A stretch of 64,000 bases of DNA from an uncultured Gemmatimonadaceae bacterium (GCA_963843845.1 CAWJMB010000002.1:1760001-1824000); one strand, 5' to 3'; shown: positions 1 through 12,749, numbered from the stretch's first letter. Numbers and translations: made by a program. The notes: generated by a model from the sequence alone, not told the origin.

Positions 1-990
1 ACGTGCAGCCGCACTCGGGCGCGTCGGCGAACTTCGCGGTGTTCACGGCGTTCCTGAAGCCGGGCGACACCTTCCTCGGAATGGACCTGTCGAACGGGCG
101 GGCACCTGACGCACGGCTCGCCGGTCAACTTCTCCGGGCTGCTCTACACGGCAGTCTCGTACGGCGTGACCGACGACGGGCTCCTCGACTACGACAGCGT
201 GCGCGCGCAGGCACGCGCCCACCGGCCGAAGATGATCATCGCCGGATACAGCGCGTACTCCCGCACGATCGACTGGGAGGCCTTCGCGGACATCGCGACG
301 GAAGTCGGCGCGATCTTCATGGTCGACATGGCGCACTTCGCGGGGCTCGCGGCGACGGGGGTGTATCCGTCGCCGGTGCCGTTCGCCGACGTCGTGACGA
401 CGACGACGCACAAGACGCTGCGCGGCCCGCGCGGCGGGATGATCCTCTGCCGGGCGCAACATCAGAAGGCGATCGACAAGAGCGTGTTCCCGGGGGCGCA
501 GGGTGGGCCGCTCGAGCACGTGATCGCCGCCAAGGCCGTGTCGTTCCGCGAGGCACTGCAGCCCGAGTTCACCGACTACTGCCGCCGCGTCGTCGCGAAC
601 GCGCGGGCGCTCGCTGGCGCGCTGTCGCGACGCGGCTTCCACATCGTGTCGGGTGGCACCGACAACCATCTCATGCTCGTCGATCTGCGGAACCGTGGGC
701 TGACGGGCAAGGTGGCGGAGAAGGCGCTCGACCAGGCGGGGATCACGGTGAACAAGAACACCGTCCCGAAGGAGACGCAGTCGCCGTTCGTGACGAGTGG
801 CATCCGCATCGGAACGCCCGCGGTCACGACGCGCGGGTTCGGCGAGGCGGAGATGGAGGCGATCGCGGAGCTGATCGATCGCGTGCTGGGCGACGCGGCG
901 AGCGACGCGACGCTGCGTGCGGTGCGGGGAGAAGTGAAGGCGCTCGCCGACCGCTTTCCGCTCTATCCGACCCCCGCGCCGGTGCACTGA
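1..990 (+). CDS. glyA: serine hydroxymethyltransferase (5'-truncated by window; one apparent frameshift near 100)
   Basis: [16 protein letters not shown] (after the frameshift), [24 protein letters not shown]-lysine motif, [21 protein letters not shown]. Confidence 0.97.
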
Positions 991-1130
991 CGCACGCTCG
1001 GTCAAGCGGTTGCGGGAGCACCCGGCAGCCGTCATGATTCGTCTCCAGCGCGGCGGCGCGCGGCACGCTCCTCACGGCGTCCGTGGCGCCGCCGCGCCTG
1101 ACTTGCGACCTGTCTTTCTGGAGCACGCCG

Positions 1131-1518
1131 TTGTCCGAGTTGGCGTTTCGCGACGGCATCATGGATCAGATCCGGCTGCGCGAGCCGCGCTTTCACGAGC
1201 GCGCATTCCTGTTCGTGCTGTCCGCGCTCGAATTCAGTCAGACGCGGCTCACCGAGCGGCGGCACGTCACGGGGGTCGAGCTGGCCGGCGCCTGCCGTGA
1301 CCTCGCGCTCGAGCGGTACGGTGTGGTGGCCCGCCTCGTCCTCGAACACTGGGGCGTTCGTCAGACGAGCGACATCGGCGACATCGTCTTCGCGCTCGTC
1401 GACCTCGGCCTGCTCGATCAGCCAGACGCACGACACGCGCGAGGACTTCCTCGGTGTGTTCGACTTCGATCAGGCGTTCGAGCGCGATTACCCGTGGAAC
1501 TGCGCGGCGCTCGGATGA
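1131..1518 (+). CDS. Minf_1886-like hypothetical protein (apparent frameshift near 1415)
   Basis: RFHERAFLFVLSALE...RHVTGVEL...ARLVLEHWGVRQTSDIGDIVFALVDLGLL, continuing in another frame as DTREDFLGVFDFDQAF; TTG start uncertain. Confidence 0.75.
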
Positions 1519-1712
1519 CGGCGCCGAGCGAGCTGCCAGCGTGCCGGAAGTGCAGCCAGGGCACGCTGCTCCCCCTGAGCGACTACGGCCGCGACGGTGC
1601 GCCGATCACGTACAAGGCGTGGGTGTGCAGTAATCCCGACTGCGGCTTCAACGTGCGAATCGACAACGGCGAGATCGGCTACGGCAGAACGATCGGCCCG
1701 TCGAGTAAGTAG
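1515..1712 (+). CDS. small zinc-ribbon protein, 65 aa
   Basis: ATGA overlap with the previous stop; CRKC...CSNPDC Cys pairs; codon usage like neighbouring genes. Confidence 0.75.
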   Translation: MTAPSELPACRKCSQGTLLPLSDYGRDGAPITYKAWVCSNPDCGFNVRIDNGEIGYGRTIGPSSK

Positions 1713-1731
1713 CGCCGTCCGCCGCTCGACC

Positions 1732-3327
1732 GTGCCGATCTCGGTGCTTTCGGCCGCCGAGGCCGCGGTGCTCGACCGGGCGACGATCGATGGGGGTGTG
1801 CCGTCGCGTGCGCTCATGCAGCGCGCGGGAGCGGCCGCGGCGGGAGAGATCGCCCGGCGGTACGGAGCGGCGCTGCGGCGTGGCGTCGCGGTCCACGCCG
1901 GCCCTGGCAACAACGGCGGCGACGCGTGGGTCCTCGCGGCGGCGCTCGCTCGGACGGGGGTTCGCGTCCGCGTCGCGCTGCATGGCGCCTCGGCCCCCCG
2001 AACCGACGACGCGCGGGCCGAGCGGGACACCTTCCTCGCCGCGCGCGACCGCGAGCTCGTCGATCTCGGACGGCTCGCGGCCGTCGAGACCGTCGCGGTC
2101 GACGACCAGCCCGACGGCAGCGAAGGCGTCGTCGTCGACGGCGTGCTCGGCATCGGCGCGCGGAGCGGGGCGCTCCCCGGGTGGGCGGCCGCCGCCGTGC
2201 GACAGATGCGTCGGGCGCGCGAACGCGGTGCCGTCGTCGTCGCGCTCGACGTGCCGACCGGACTCGACGCGACGACCGGGGCCGCGACCGACGACACGCT
2301 CGTCGCCGACCTCACCGTGACGTTCGCCGCGTTGAAGCGGGGACTGCTGATCGCGCGACACTACACCGGCGCCGTCGTCGTGCTCGACATCGGGATGCGC
2401 GATGCGCCGCTCGAGACGCCGCGGCTCGTCACGCCGCGCGACGTTCGCCGTGTCGTGCCGAGCATCCGTGCGGACGCGCACAAGGGCACGCGCGGCAAGC
2501 TCGCGATCGTCGGAGGCGGCGCGGGGATGGCCGGCGCGGCGGTGCTGGCTGCGCGCGCCGCGTCGGCGAGCGGCGCCGGCATGACGCGTCTCGTCGTCGC
2601 CGCGGAGAGCATCCTCGCCGCCCAGATGGCCGCGCCGGAATCGCTCGCCTCACCGTGGCCGGACGACGAGGAGTCGCTGCACCGCGCGGTCGCCTCGTGG
2701 GCAGACGTCGTCGTGATCGGCCCGGGGCTCGGGCGCGGCGATGCGACGCGCGCGCTCTGCGAGCGCGTGCTCACGACGTGGCGCGGGCCGACCGTGATCG
2801 ACGCGGACGCGATCACGCTGTTCGAGGGCGAGGTGGACCGGCTCGCCGAGCTGTTCGGCGGGCGGCCGGCGCTGCTCACCCCGCACCCGCTCGAGTGCGC
2901 GCGCCTCGCCGGGGTGGCGCTCGACGCAGTGCTCGCATCCCGATTCGAGATCGGCCAGCGAGCTCGCGCGGCGACTCGGCGCGACGGTGCTCCTGAAGGG
3001 AACGCCGACGTCGTCAGCGACGGCGCGACGCGCCTCGTATCGGCCGTGGGAACGCCGGCGCTGGGCACCGCGGGCAGCGGCGACGTGCTGGGCGGCATCG
3101 CGGCCGCGCTGCTCGCGGACGTGCCGGACGCCGCCGCGGTCGTCGAGCGCGCGGCGGCGGCGGCGTGGTGCCACGGACGCGCCGGCGAGATCGCGACCGC
3201 GCGGCGCGGCGGCGTGCGTGGAACCACGCTGCACGACGTCGTCGATGCGCTCGCCGAGGCGTGGCACGGAGAGGTGCCGGCCGCGCCGTACCCGGCGCTC
3301 GCGGAACTGCCGGCCGTCGCCGGATGA
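1732..3327 (+). CDS. nnr: bifunctional NAD(P)HX epimerase/dehydratase (YjeF)
   Basis: GPGNNGGD, DGVLGIG, LDVPTG, AHKGTRG, IGPGLG, VIDADA, LTPHPLE, GTAGSGDVLGG; compensating indels near 2960-3010. Confidence 0.93.
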   Translation: MPISVLSAAEAAVLDRATIDGGVPSRALMQRAGAAAAGEIARRYGAALRRGVAVHAGPGNNGGDAWVLAAALARTGVRVRVALHGASAPRTDDARAERDTFLAARDRELVDLGRLAAVETVAVDDQPDGSEGVVVDGVLGIGARSGALPGWAAAAVRQMRRARERGAVVVALDVPTGLDATTGAATDDTLVADLTVTFAALKRGLLIARHYTGAVVVLDIGMRDAPLETPRLVTPRDVRRVVPSIRADAHKGTRGKLAIVGGGAGMAGAAVLAARAASASGAGMTRLVVAAESILAAQMAAPESLASPWPDDEESLHRAVASWADVVVIGPGLGRGDATRALCERVLTTWRGPTVIDADAITLFEGEVDRLAELFGGRPALLTPHPLECARLAGVALDAVLASRFEIGQRARAATRRDGAPEGNADVVSDGATRLVSAVGTPALGTAGSGDVLGGIAAALLADVPDAAAVVERAAAAAWCHGRAGEIATARRGGVRGTTLHDVVDALAEAWHGEVPAAPYPALAELPAVAG

Positions 3328-4276
3328 GCCCACGCGCCTCGGCCCCGGCGCGGAGTTCGACGTCGTGCGGAGGCTGACGGCGCGGTGGGGATCGCTCGCG
3401 CGCGGCATCGGCGACGACGCGGCGGTGCTCGACGTGCCGGCTGCGCGAGCGCCTCGTCGTGAGCACGGACACGTCGGTCGAGGGCGTGCACTTCCGGCGC
3501 GAATGGCTCTCGCCGGAAGAGATCGGCTGGCGCGCGACGACCGCCGCACTCAGCGATCTCGCGGCGATGGGGGCGAAGCCGTTAGGCGTGCTGCTCGCAC
3601 TCAGCGTTCCTGCGTCGTGGCGCGCCGTGCTCGACGCGCTCACCGACGGCGTGGGCGGGGCGGTCGGCGCGGCCGGCACGCAGGTCGTCGGCGGCGACCT
3701 CACGGCGGGGGACGCGCTGGTGTTGGGCATCACCGTCGTCGGCGTCGCGGCGCGCCCGGTGCTCCGCAGCGGCGCGCAGGTCGGCGACGCCCTCTGGGTC
3801 ACCGGGCGGCTCGGCGGACCGCGCGCCGCGCTCGCGCGACTGCTCGCGGGCGGCACGCCACCGCCCCGAGCATCGCGCGCGGTTCGCACGCCCGCAGGCG
3901 AGGATCGCGGAAGGGAGCTTGCTCGCCGCAGCTGGGCGCGACGGCGATGATCGACGTCTCCGACGGACTCGTCGCCGATCTGCGCCACGTCGCAGCGGCG
4001 AGCGGCGTGCACGCTCGTCGTCGACGCCGCGCGCGTTCCGCTCGCCGACGACGTGACGCGAGACGACGCGCTCGCCGGCGGCGAGGAGTACGAGCTCGCG
4101 TTCACGATGCCGAGCGCGGTCGACGTGGTCGCCGCGTTCGCGACGCGTCCGTTCGCGGTGCCGGTCATGGCGATCGGCACGGTCGAGCGCGCGACGGACG
4201 ACGCGGCCGACGGCGTGGTGGTGAGCGGGGTGGATCGCGTTGACCTGCCGTCCGGGCACGACCACTTTTCGCGCTG

Positions 4277-4277
<1 letters not shown>
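3324..4277 (+). CDS. thiL: thiamine-monophosphate kinase (several apparent frameshifts)
   Basis: GIGDDAAVL, TDTSVEGVHF, SDLAAMGA, VGGDL, MIDVSDGLVADL, GGEEYELAF, GHDHF spread across frames. Confidence 0.9.
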
Positions 4278-6691
<2,414 letters not shown>

Positions 6692-6704
6692 CTCGTCGCC
6701 GGGG

Positions 6705-6732
6705 TTGACGTTGCAGTCGACGCGGCTACATT
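6705..6732 (+). promoter_or_regulatory. sigma70-type promoter for tRNA-fMet
   Basis: TTGACG-N16-TACATT ending 11 nt upstream of the tRNA. Confidence 0.65.
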
Positions 6733-6743
6733 TCGCAGACCAA

Positions 6744-6817
<74 letters not shown>

Positions 6818-6831
6818 TCTGGAACGCGTCG

Positions 6832-6868
6832 ATGGAACGGCCGGCTCCGTAGCCGGCCGTTCCATTTT
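6832..6868 (+). terminator. intrinsic terminator-like hairpin between the two tRNAs
   Basis: ATGGAACGGCCGGCT-ccgt-AGCCGGCCGTTCCAT perfect 15-bp stem followed by TTT. Confidence 0.65.
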
Positions 6869-6903
6869 CACCCGGAACGCTTTAGGCTTTCCGGTCGCAG
6901 TAC

Positions 6904-6977
6904 GGCAGGGTAGCTCAGCCGGTTAGAGCACGGCACTCATAATGCCGGGGTCGCGGGTTCGAGTCCCGCCCCTGCTA
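6904..6977 (+). tRNA. tRNA with CAT anticodon, probably elongator Met (Ile2 not excluded)
   Basis: GGCAGGG-TAGCTCAG..GGTTAGAGC-CGGCA CTCATAA TGCCG..GTTCGAGTCC..CCCTGCTA cloverleaf. Confidence 0.92.
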
Positions 6978-6978
6978 T

Positions 6979-7067
6979 GCGGGGACCGATTGGCGTCGCG
7001 CCAGTCGGTCCCCGCTGTTCGTGGGGCAAACGCCCAGCGCGGTCGGCTGAGGCCGACCGCGCTGGGT
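6979..7067. repeat. two consecutive long GC-rich hairpins after the tRNA
   Basis: 17-bp stem 6979-6995/6999-7015 (one G-U); 16-bp stem 7032-7047/7052-7067. Confidence 0.7.
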
Positions 7068-7359
7068 GCCCTGCGACTACTGCTTCGAGTACGAACGGCG
7101 GGGCTCGGAGCCCCGCCACAATCACGGTAGCGTCCGCTGACGACTCGGTCAGCGTGGTTGGGAGCCGAGTGTGACGCGTCTCACGAACGCGACACATGTT
7201 TCCGGATGAGCGCCCGGTGGCGGGGCGTGGTCGCGCGGGGGAGGCACGGCGTCGAGCGCGGCATGCTGCGTCCGCGTCGAGGTCACATCGCAACGCGGGC
7301 AGGTCGCTCCAGGCGGTAGCCGCACCCGGGTATCGGGAGGCGCGCGTAGATTGCGACGC

Positions 7360-8487
7360 ATGGAAGCGAAACGCATCCCCGGCACACCGACCGGCACGGA
7401 GCCGCGCGCCCGCGCGGCCGTCGCGATCGTCGATACGCGCCCCGCCACCGATCGCGCCGCCGCCGCGCCGAGCGTGGGGAGACCGAGCGCGCCGACACCG
7501 AGCGCGCCGACACCGCGCGCGCCGACACCGGACGACCACGTCGCGCGCAACACCGGCACCCCGCTCGACCTCGACGTCGTACGCTCGCTGCGCGTGAATC
7601 GCAGCGCGGTCGAGCGCCGCGCCGCGACGCTGCCGGCGCGCCGCACGGTGAAGAAGGAGTGGCAGGCGGCGTGGTTGCTCCGAGCGATCACCTGCATCGA
7701 CCTCACGACGCTCTCCGGCGACGACACGCCGAGCAACGTGCTCCGGCTGTGCGCGAAAGCGCGGCGGCCGGTGCGCGACGATCTGCTCGACGCGTTAGGC
7801 GTGCGCGATCTCGACATCACGGTCGGCGCGGTGTGCGTCTATCACGCCTACGTCGCCACCGCCGTGCGTGCGCTGCGAGGCTCGGACATCCCCGTCGCCG
7901 CCGTCTCGACCGGATTCCCCGCTGGCCTGTCGCCGCTGCGCGAGCGGATCGCCGAGATCCGCGCGTCGGTCGAGGACGGCGCGACGGAGATCGACATCGT
8001 CGTCACGCGTGCGCACGTGCTGCGCGGGGAGTGGAGCGCGCTCCACGACGAAGTCGCCGCGTTCCGCGAGGCGTGCGGCGATGCGCATCTGAAGGCGATC
8101 CTCGCGACTGGCGAGCTCGCGACGCTCACGAACGTCGCGCGGGCGAGCGAGGTGGCGATGATGGCCGGCGCGGATTTCATCAAGACGTCCACCGGAAAGG
8201 AGCCGATGAACGCGACGCTGCCGTACGGAATCGTCATGTGCCGTGCGATCCGCGCGTACCACGAGCGGACGGGTGCCCACGTCGGCTTCAAGCCCGCGGG
8301 CGGCATCCGCAGCGCGAAGCAGGCGCTCGAATATCAGTTCCTCATGAAAGAGGAGCTCGGCGACCGCTGGCTCCGCCCCGACCTCTTCCGACTCGGCGCG
8401 AGCGCGCTGCTGACGGACATCGAGCGGCAGCTCGAGCACTTCGTGACCGGACGGTACGCTGCGGCGCACCGTCAGCCGATGGTCTGA
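7360..8487 (+). CDS. deoC: deoxyribose-phosphate aldolase (long type)
   Basis: IDLTTLSGDDT, AVCVY, STGFPAG, GATEIDIV, HLKAILATGEL, GADFIKTSTGK, GFKPAGGIR, FRLGASALL; start uncertain. Confidence 0.95.
   Translation: MEAKRIPGTPTGTEPRARAAVAIVDTRPATDRAAAAPSVGRPSAPTPSAPTPRAPTPDDHVARNTGTPLDLDVVRSLRVNRSAVERRAATLPARRTVKKEWQAAWLLRAITCIDLTTLSGDDTPSNVLRLCAKARRPVRDDLLDALGVRDLDITVGAVCVYHAYVATAVRALRGSDIPVAAVSTGFPAGLSPLRERIAEIRASVEDGATEIDIVVTRAHVLRGEWSALHDEVAAFREACGDAHLKAILATGELATLTNVARASEVAMMAGADFIKTSTGKEPMNATLPYGIVMCRAIRAYHERTGAHVGFKPAGGIRSAKQALEYQFLMKEELGDRWLRPDLFRLGASALLTDIERQLEHFVTGRYAAAHRQPMV
7483..7530 (+). repeat. 15-bp tandem repeat, about 3 copies (PSAPT) in the DeoC N-terminal extension
   Basis: CCGAGCGCGCCGACA x2 followed by CCGCGCGCGCCGACA. 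Confidence 0.75.
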
Positions 8488-8493
8488 CGCGCC

Positions 8494-10878
8494 ATGACGA
8501 CAGTCGCAGAGATCTTCCAGACGATGGAGTACGGGCCAGCGCCCGAGGCCGACGCCCCCGCGCGTGCGTGGCTCGACCGGCACGACGGCGCGTTCGGGCA
8601 GTACATCGACGGCCGGTGGACGCGCGTCGACGAGAGCGCCCTGTTCGACGTGTCGGAGCCGGCGACCGGCAAGCGGCTCGCCCGCGTGTCGCAGGGAAGC
8701 GACGCGGACGTCGACGCGGCGGTGCAGGCGGCGCGGCGTGCCCTGCCGGCGTGGAAGGCGTTAGGCGGGCACGGACGAGCGCGGTACCTGTACGCACTCG
8801 CGCGCGCGGTGCAGAAGCACGCGCGGCTGCTCGCCGTCGTCGAGACGATGGACAACGGCAAGTCGATCCGCGAGACGCGCGACATCGACGTGCCGCTCGT
8901 CGCGCGGCACTTCTATCACCACGCCGGATGGGCGCAGTTGCTCGACAGCGAGTTCGCCGGCTACGAAGGCGCGGGCGTCGTCGGGCAGATCATTCCCTGG
9001 AACTTCCCCCTCCTGATGCTCGCGTGGAAGGTCGCGCCGGCGCTCGCCGCGGGGTGCACGGTGGTCCTGAAGCCGGCGGAGTTCACACCCCTGACGGCAC
9101 TCGCTTTCGCCGAGCTGGCGCACGAGGTGGGGCTGCCGGAAGGCGTGCTCAACATCGTCACCGGCGACGGCGAGACGGGGAAGGCGCTCGTCGCGCACGA
9201 CGCCGTCGACAAGCTCGCGTTCACCGGCTCGACGGAGGTCGGCCGCGTCATCCGAGCGGCGACCGCTGGGAGCGGCAAGAAGCTGTCGCTCGAGTTGGGC
9301 GGCAAGAGCCCGTTCGTCGTGTTCGACGACGCGGACCTCGACAGCGTCGTCGAAGGCGTCGTGGACGCCATCTGGTTCAACCAGGGACAGGTGTGCTGCG
9401 CCGGCTCGCGGCTGCTCGTGCAGGAAGGCGTCGCCGACGCGCTGTACGACAAGCTGCGCGCCCGCATGGAGCGGTTGCGGCTCGGCAGCCCGCTCGACAA
9501 GGCCATCGACATCGGTGCCATCGTCGCGCCGGTGCAGCTCGAGCGCATTCGCGGCCTCGTCGAGCAGGGGCAGCGCGAAGGCGCGACGATGTGGCAGCCG
9601 TCGTGGGCGTGTCCCACCGAAGGCTGCTTCTACCCGCCGACGCTCTTCACCGACGTGAACCCGTCGGCCACGATCGCGCAGACGGAGATCTTCGGCCCCG
9701 TGCTGGTGGCCATGACGTTCCGCACGCCGGCCGAATCGATCACGCTCGCGAACAACACACCGTACGGCCTCGCGGCGAGCGTGTGGAGCGAGAACATCAA
9801 CCTCGCGCTCGACGTCGCGCCGAAGCTCAAGTGCGGCGTGGTCTGGGTGAACTCGACGAATCTGTTCGATGCCGCGGCGGGGTTCGGCGGGTATCGCGAG
9901 AGCGGATTCGGGCGGGAGGGGGGACGCGAGGGTATGTGGGAGTATCTGAAGCCCATTGCCGGAGATCGGGGATCCGGGGTCGCAGAACGCTCGACCAGTC
10001 CCTCCTCCACGATCCCGCCTGCCCGATCTCCGGGTGTCCCGCCGATCGACCGCACGCCCAAGCTCTACATCGGCGGGAAGCAGGCGCGCCCCGACTCGGG
10101 CTACAGCCGGCGCGTCGTCGGTGCGAGCGGCGAGACGTTAGGCGCGGTCGGCGAGGGGAACCGCAAGGACGTGCGCAACGCGGTCGAGGCGGCGCACGCG
10201 GCGTCGAGCTGGGCGCGCGCGACCGGACATGCGCGCGCGCAGATCCTCTACTACACGGCCGAGAACCTCGCCGCCCGCGCCGAGGAGTTCGCGCGTCGGC
10301 TCGACGCGGTCGGCGGGCGCGGGGACGGTGCGACCGAGGTCGAGGCGTCGATCGCGCGGCTGTTCACGTACGCCGCCTGGGCCGACAAGTACGATGGCGC
10401 GGTGCACAACGTCCCCATCCGCGGCGTGGCGCTCGCGATGCACGAGGCGATCGGCGTCGTCGGCGTCGCCTGCCCCGACGAGGCGCCGCTCCTCGGGTTC
10501 GTGTCGCTCGTCGCACCGCTCGTCGCGATGGGGAACGCCGTCGTCGCGATCCCCTCGGAGTCCGGCAGCCTCGCCGCGACCGACCTCTACTCCGTGCTCG
10601 ACACGAGCGATGTGCCGGGCGGCGTGATCAACATCGTGACCGGCGACCGCGAGTCGCTCGCGAAGACGCTCGCCGAGCACGACGACGTGGACGCGATGTG
10701 GTACTTCGGCACGCGTGACGGCGCCCGCGCCGTCGAACTGGCCTCCGCGTCGAACATGAAACGCACGTGGACGGAGTGGGCGCCGCGCGAGTGGGGCGAC
10801 GCGCGGGTCGGGGAGGGGCGCCCCTTCCTCCGTCAGGCAACCCAGGTCAAGAACGTCTGGATTCCGTACGGCGAGTAG
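8494..10878 (+). CDS. double-domain aldehyde dehydrogenase (ALDH16-like)
   Basis: IIPWNFP, LKPAE, FTGSTEVG, LELGGKSP, GQVCCAGSR catalytic Cys, EIFGPV, GGYRESGFGREGG; second degenerate ALDH domain. Confidence 0.93.
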   Translation: MTTVAEIFQTMEYGPAPEADAPARAWLDRHDGAFGQYIDGRWTRVDESALFDVSEPATGKRLARVSQGSDADVDAAVQAARRALPAWKALGGHGRARYLYALARAVQKHARLLAVVETMDNGKSIRETRDIDVPLVARHFYHHAGWAQLLDSEFAGYEGAGVVGQIIPWNFPLLMLAWKVAPALAAGCTVVLKPAEFTPLTALAFAELAHEVGLPEGVLNIVTGDGETGKALVAHDAVDKLAFTGSTEVGRVIRAATAGSGKKLSLELGGKSPFVVFDDADLDSVVEGVVDAIWFNQGQVCCAGSRLLVQEGVADALYDKLRARMERLRLGSPLDKAIDIGAIVAPVQLERIRGLVEQGQREGATMWQPSWACPTEGCFYPPTLFTDVNPSATIAQTEIFGPVLVAMTFRTPAESITLANNTPYGLAASVWSENINLALDVAPKLKCGVVWVNSTNLFDAAAGFGGYRESGFGREGGREGMWEYLKPIAGDRGSGVAERSTSPSSTIPPARSPGVPPIDRTPKLYIGGKQARPDSGYSRRVVGASGETLGAVGEGNRKDVRNAVEAAHAASSWARATGHARAQILYYTAENLAARAEEFARRLDAVGGRGDGATEVEASIARLFTYAAWADKYDGAVHNVPIRGVALAMHEAIGVVGVACPDEAPLLGFVSLVAPLVAMGNAVVAIPSESGSLAATDLYSVLDTSDVPGGVINIVTGDRESLAKTLAEHDDVDAMWYFGTRDGARAVELASASNMKRTWTEWAPREWGDARVGEGRPFLRQATQVKNVWIPYGE

Positions 10879-10895
10879 CGGTCCGCGCGACGCGC

Positions 10896-12749
10896 TCAGT
10901 CAGTCCGTACGACGGTCGGCGCGCTCGCGACGCCGCTCGGGCTGAGCGCGCTGATCGCCGCCATCGTCGCGCGCTCGCCACTCGGGGTGCGCAGCGACAG
11001 GGTGCGCACGTTGCCGGGCACCGTGCGTAGCGACCACGCGCCGGCGGCATCGCGCAGCTGAACGACCCACCAGCGCACGGCCGCGCTGTCGCCGACGGCG
11101 ATCTGTGCGACCGGCCCGAACGCCGCCTCGGGCGGGGTGCCGAGCATCGCGCCGGTGCCTAACGCGCCTGACGGTCGTGCTCCCAGCGGCCGAGTCCCCG
11201 GCGCGCCGAACGTCGGCACCGCCGCGACCACCGGGCTCACGGGGCTCGCCGGGACGCCGACCGGGACGCTCACCGACGCGGCGAGCGTCGGGTCGGACGT
11301 CGCCGCGCACGCCACGACCCGCGGTGCCCCGGGCGCGCCGGCGCCGAGCCACGGACTCGCGGGCGGCACGGCCGCCGTCGCGTAGCTGTCCCGCGTGAGC
11401 CGGACGCCCAACGGCGACCCCGGGGCCATCGCCGCCAGTCGGAAATGAAAGTGGCCCTCGGACTCGCTGCTCCCCGTCCGAGTGCCGCGCAACTGCCGGA
11501 TCTGCGCCGGGATCTCGGCGACCGGCCACGGAGCGCCGCGCGACGCGACACGCATCGTGAACAGGCCGGGCCACAGATGCCTGCCCAACAGGTTCTCGCC
11601 GCGCCACCACGCGTCCAGCCGTGTGAAGCGACTCTGCTCGCCATCGAGCTGCCAGTAGAGCTGCGGCGCGAAGTAGTCGACCCAGCCTTCGCGCAGCCAG
11701 CGGCGCGTGTCGGCGTACACCTCGCTGTACGAGTCGAGGCCGGTGAGTCCGCGCGGACTGCCGGGGCGCCAGATGCCGAACGGGCTGATCCCGACGAGCA
11801 CCCACGGCTTGCGCGCCTTCACTTCCTTGTAGAGCGTCGCCACGAGCTCGTTCACGTTCGCACGGCGCCAGTCGGCGCGCGACGAGAATCCGGCGCCGTA
11901 CTCGCGCCACGACCGGTCGTCGGGGAACGCGATCGTCTCGTGGCTGACGACCGTCCGTCGCGTGCGGCCGCTGCCGACTCGGCGCCGGACGGTCGTCGTC
12001 TCGAGGTAGGGGTAGAAGTAGTCGTCGAGGTGAACGGCGTCGATGTCGTAGCGTTCGACGACCTCGAGGATGCCGTCGACGACGTCGCGACGGGCCGCCG
12101 GGTAGCCAGGGTCGATCCACGTCTGCGAGCCGTAGCGCACGATCCACTCGGGGTGGCTCCGACCGAGGAAGAGCGCGCCGACGTTCGCGCGCGCGTCCGG
12201 CGTGGCGGCGCGGAACGGGTTGAACCAGGCGTGAAGCTGCAGCCCGCGCCGGTGCGCCTCGGTCACCGCGAACGCGAGCGGGTCGTAGGTCGGCGCGAGC
12301 CGGGAGCGGACCGCGCGCAGCAGGTAGCTCGACCACGGCGCGCGCTGCGTCGGATACATCGCGTCGGCCGCAGTGCGAACGTGCAGCACCACGGCGTTCA
12401 GGCCGAGCGCGACGGCGCGGTCGAGCACCGCGATCAGCTCGGCGCGTTGCGCCTCGGCGGACATGTCGGGGCGCGACGGCCACTCGCCGCCCTCGACCGG
12501 CGATACCCACGCCCCACGCAGCTCGCGCGCGATCGCCGGCACCCCCGCGGCCGCGACCTCGTCGGGCCGCAGCGGCACGGTGCACGCATCGGCGACCGCC
12601 GGGCGAACGAACGGGCGCGCGGAGAGCAGGGGCAGCGCACCGACGAGGGCCAGGAGCGCGCCGACGATCCGACGCTGCGAGACGCGGCCGCCGGCAGCGG
12701 ATCCGCCTGCGGCGCCGCGAGGGACAGGACGCGACGAGAAGTGAGGCAC
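10896..12749 (-). CDS. glycoside hydrolase-like family 10 (DUF187/YddW-like) protein, secreted
   Basis: ELRGAWV, LGLNAV, DPLAFAVTEAHRRGLQLHAWFNPFRA, YDIDAVHLDDYFYPY, GISPFGIW, WVDYFAPQLYW. Confidence 0.88.
   Translation of the reverse strand: MPHFSSRPVPRGAAGGSAAGGRVSQRRIVGALLALVGALPLLSARPFVRPAVADACTVPLRPDEVAAAGVPAIARELRGAWVSPVEGGEWPSRPDMSAEAQRAELIAVLDRAVALGLNAVVLHVRTAADAMYPTQRAPWSSYLLRAVRSRLAPTYDPLAFAVTEAHRRGLQLHAWFNPFRAATPDARANVGALFLGRSHPEWIVRYGSQTWIDPGYPAARRDVVDGILEVVERYDIDAVHLDDYFYPYLETTTVRRRVGSGRTRRTVVSHETIAFPDDRSWREYGAGFSSRADWRRANVNELVATLYKEVKARKPWVLVGISPFGIWRPGSPRGLTGLDSYSEVYADTRRWLREGWVDYFAPQLYWQLDGEQSRFTRLDAWWRGENLLGRHLWPGLFTMRVASRGAPWPVAEIPAQIRQLRGTRTGSSESEGHFHFRLAAMAPGSPLGVRLTRDSYATAAVPPASPWLGAGAPGAPRVVACAATSDPTLAASVSVPVGVPASPVSPVVAAVPTFGAPGTRPLGARPSGALGTGAMLGTPPEAAFGPVAQIAVGDSAAVRWWVVQLRDAAGAWSLRTVPGNVRTLSLRTPSGERATMAAISALSPSGVASAPTVVRTD

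Noticed and set aside
7483..7530. Tandem repeat as a CRISPR-like array
   Set aside because: 15-bp contiguous units with no spacers, inside a Pro-rich coding extension; no cas genes nearby
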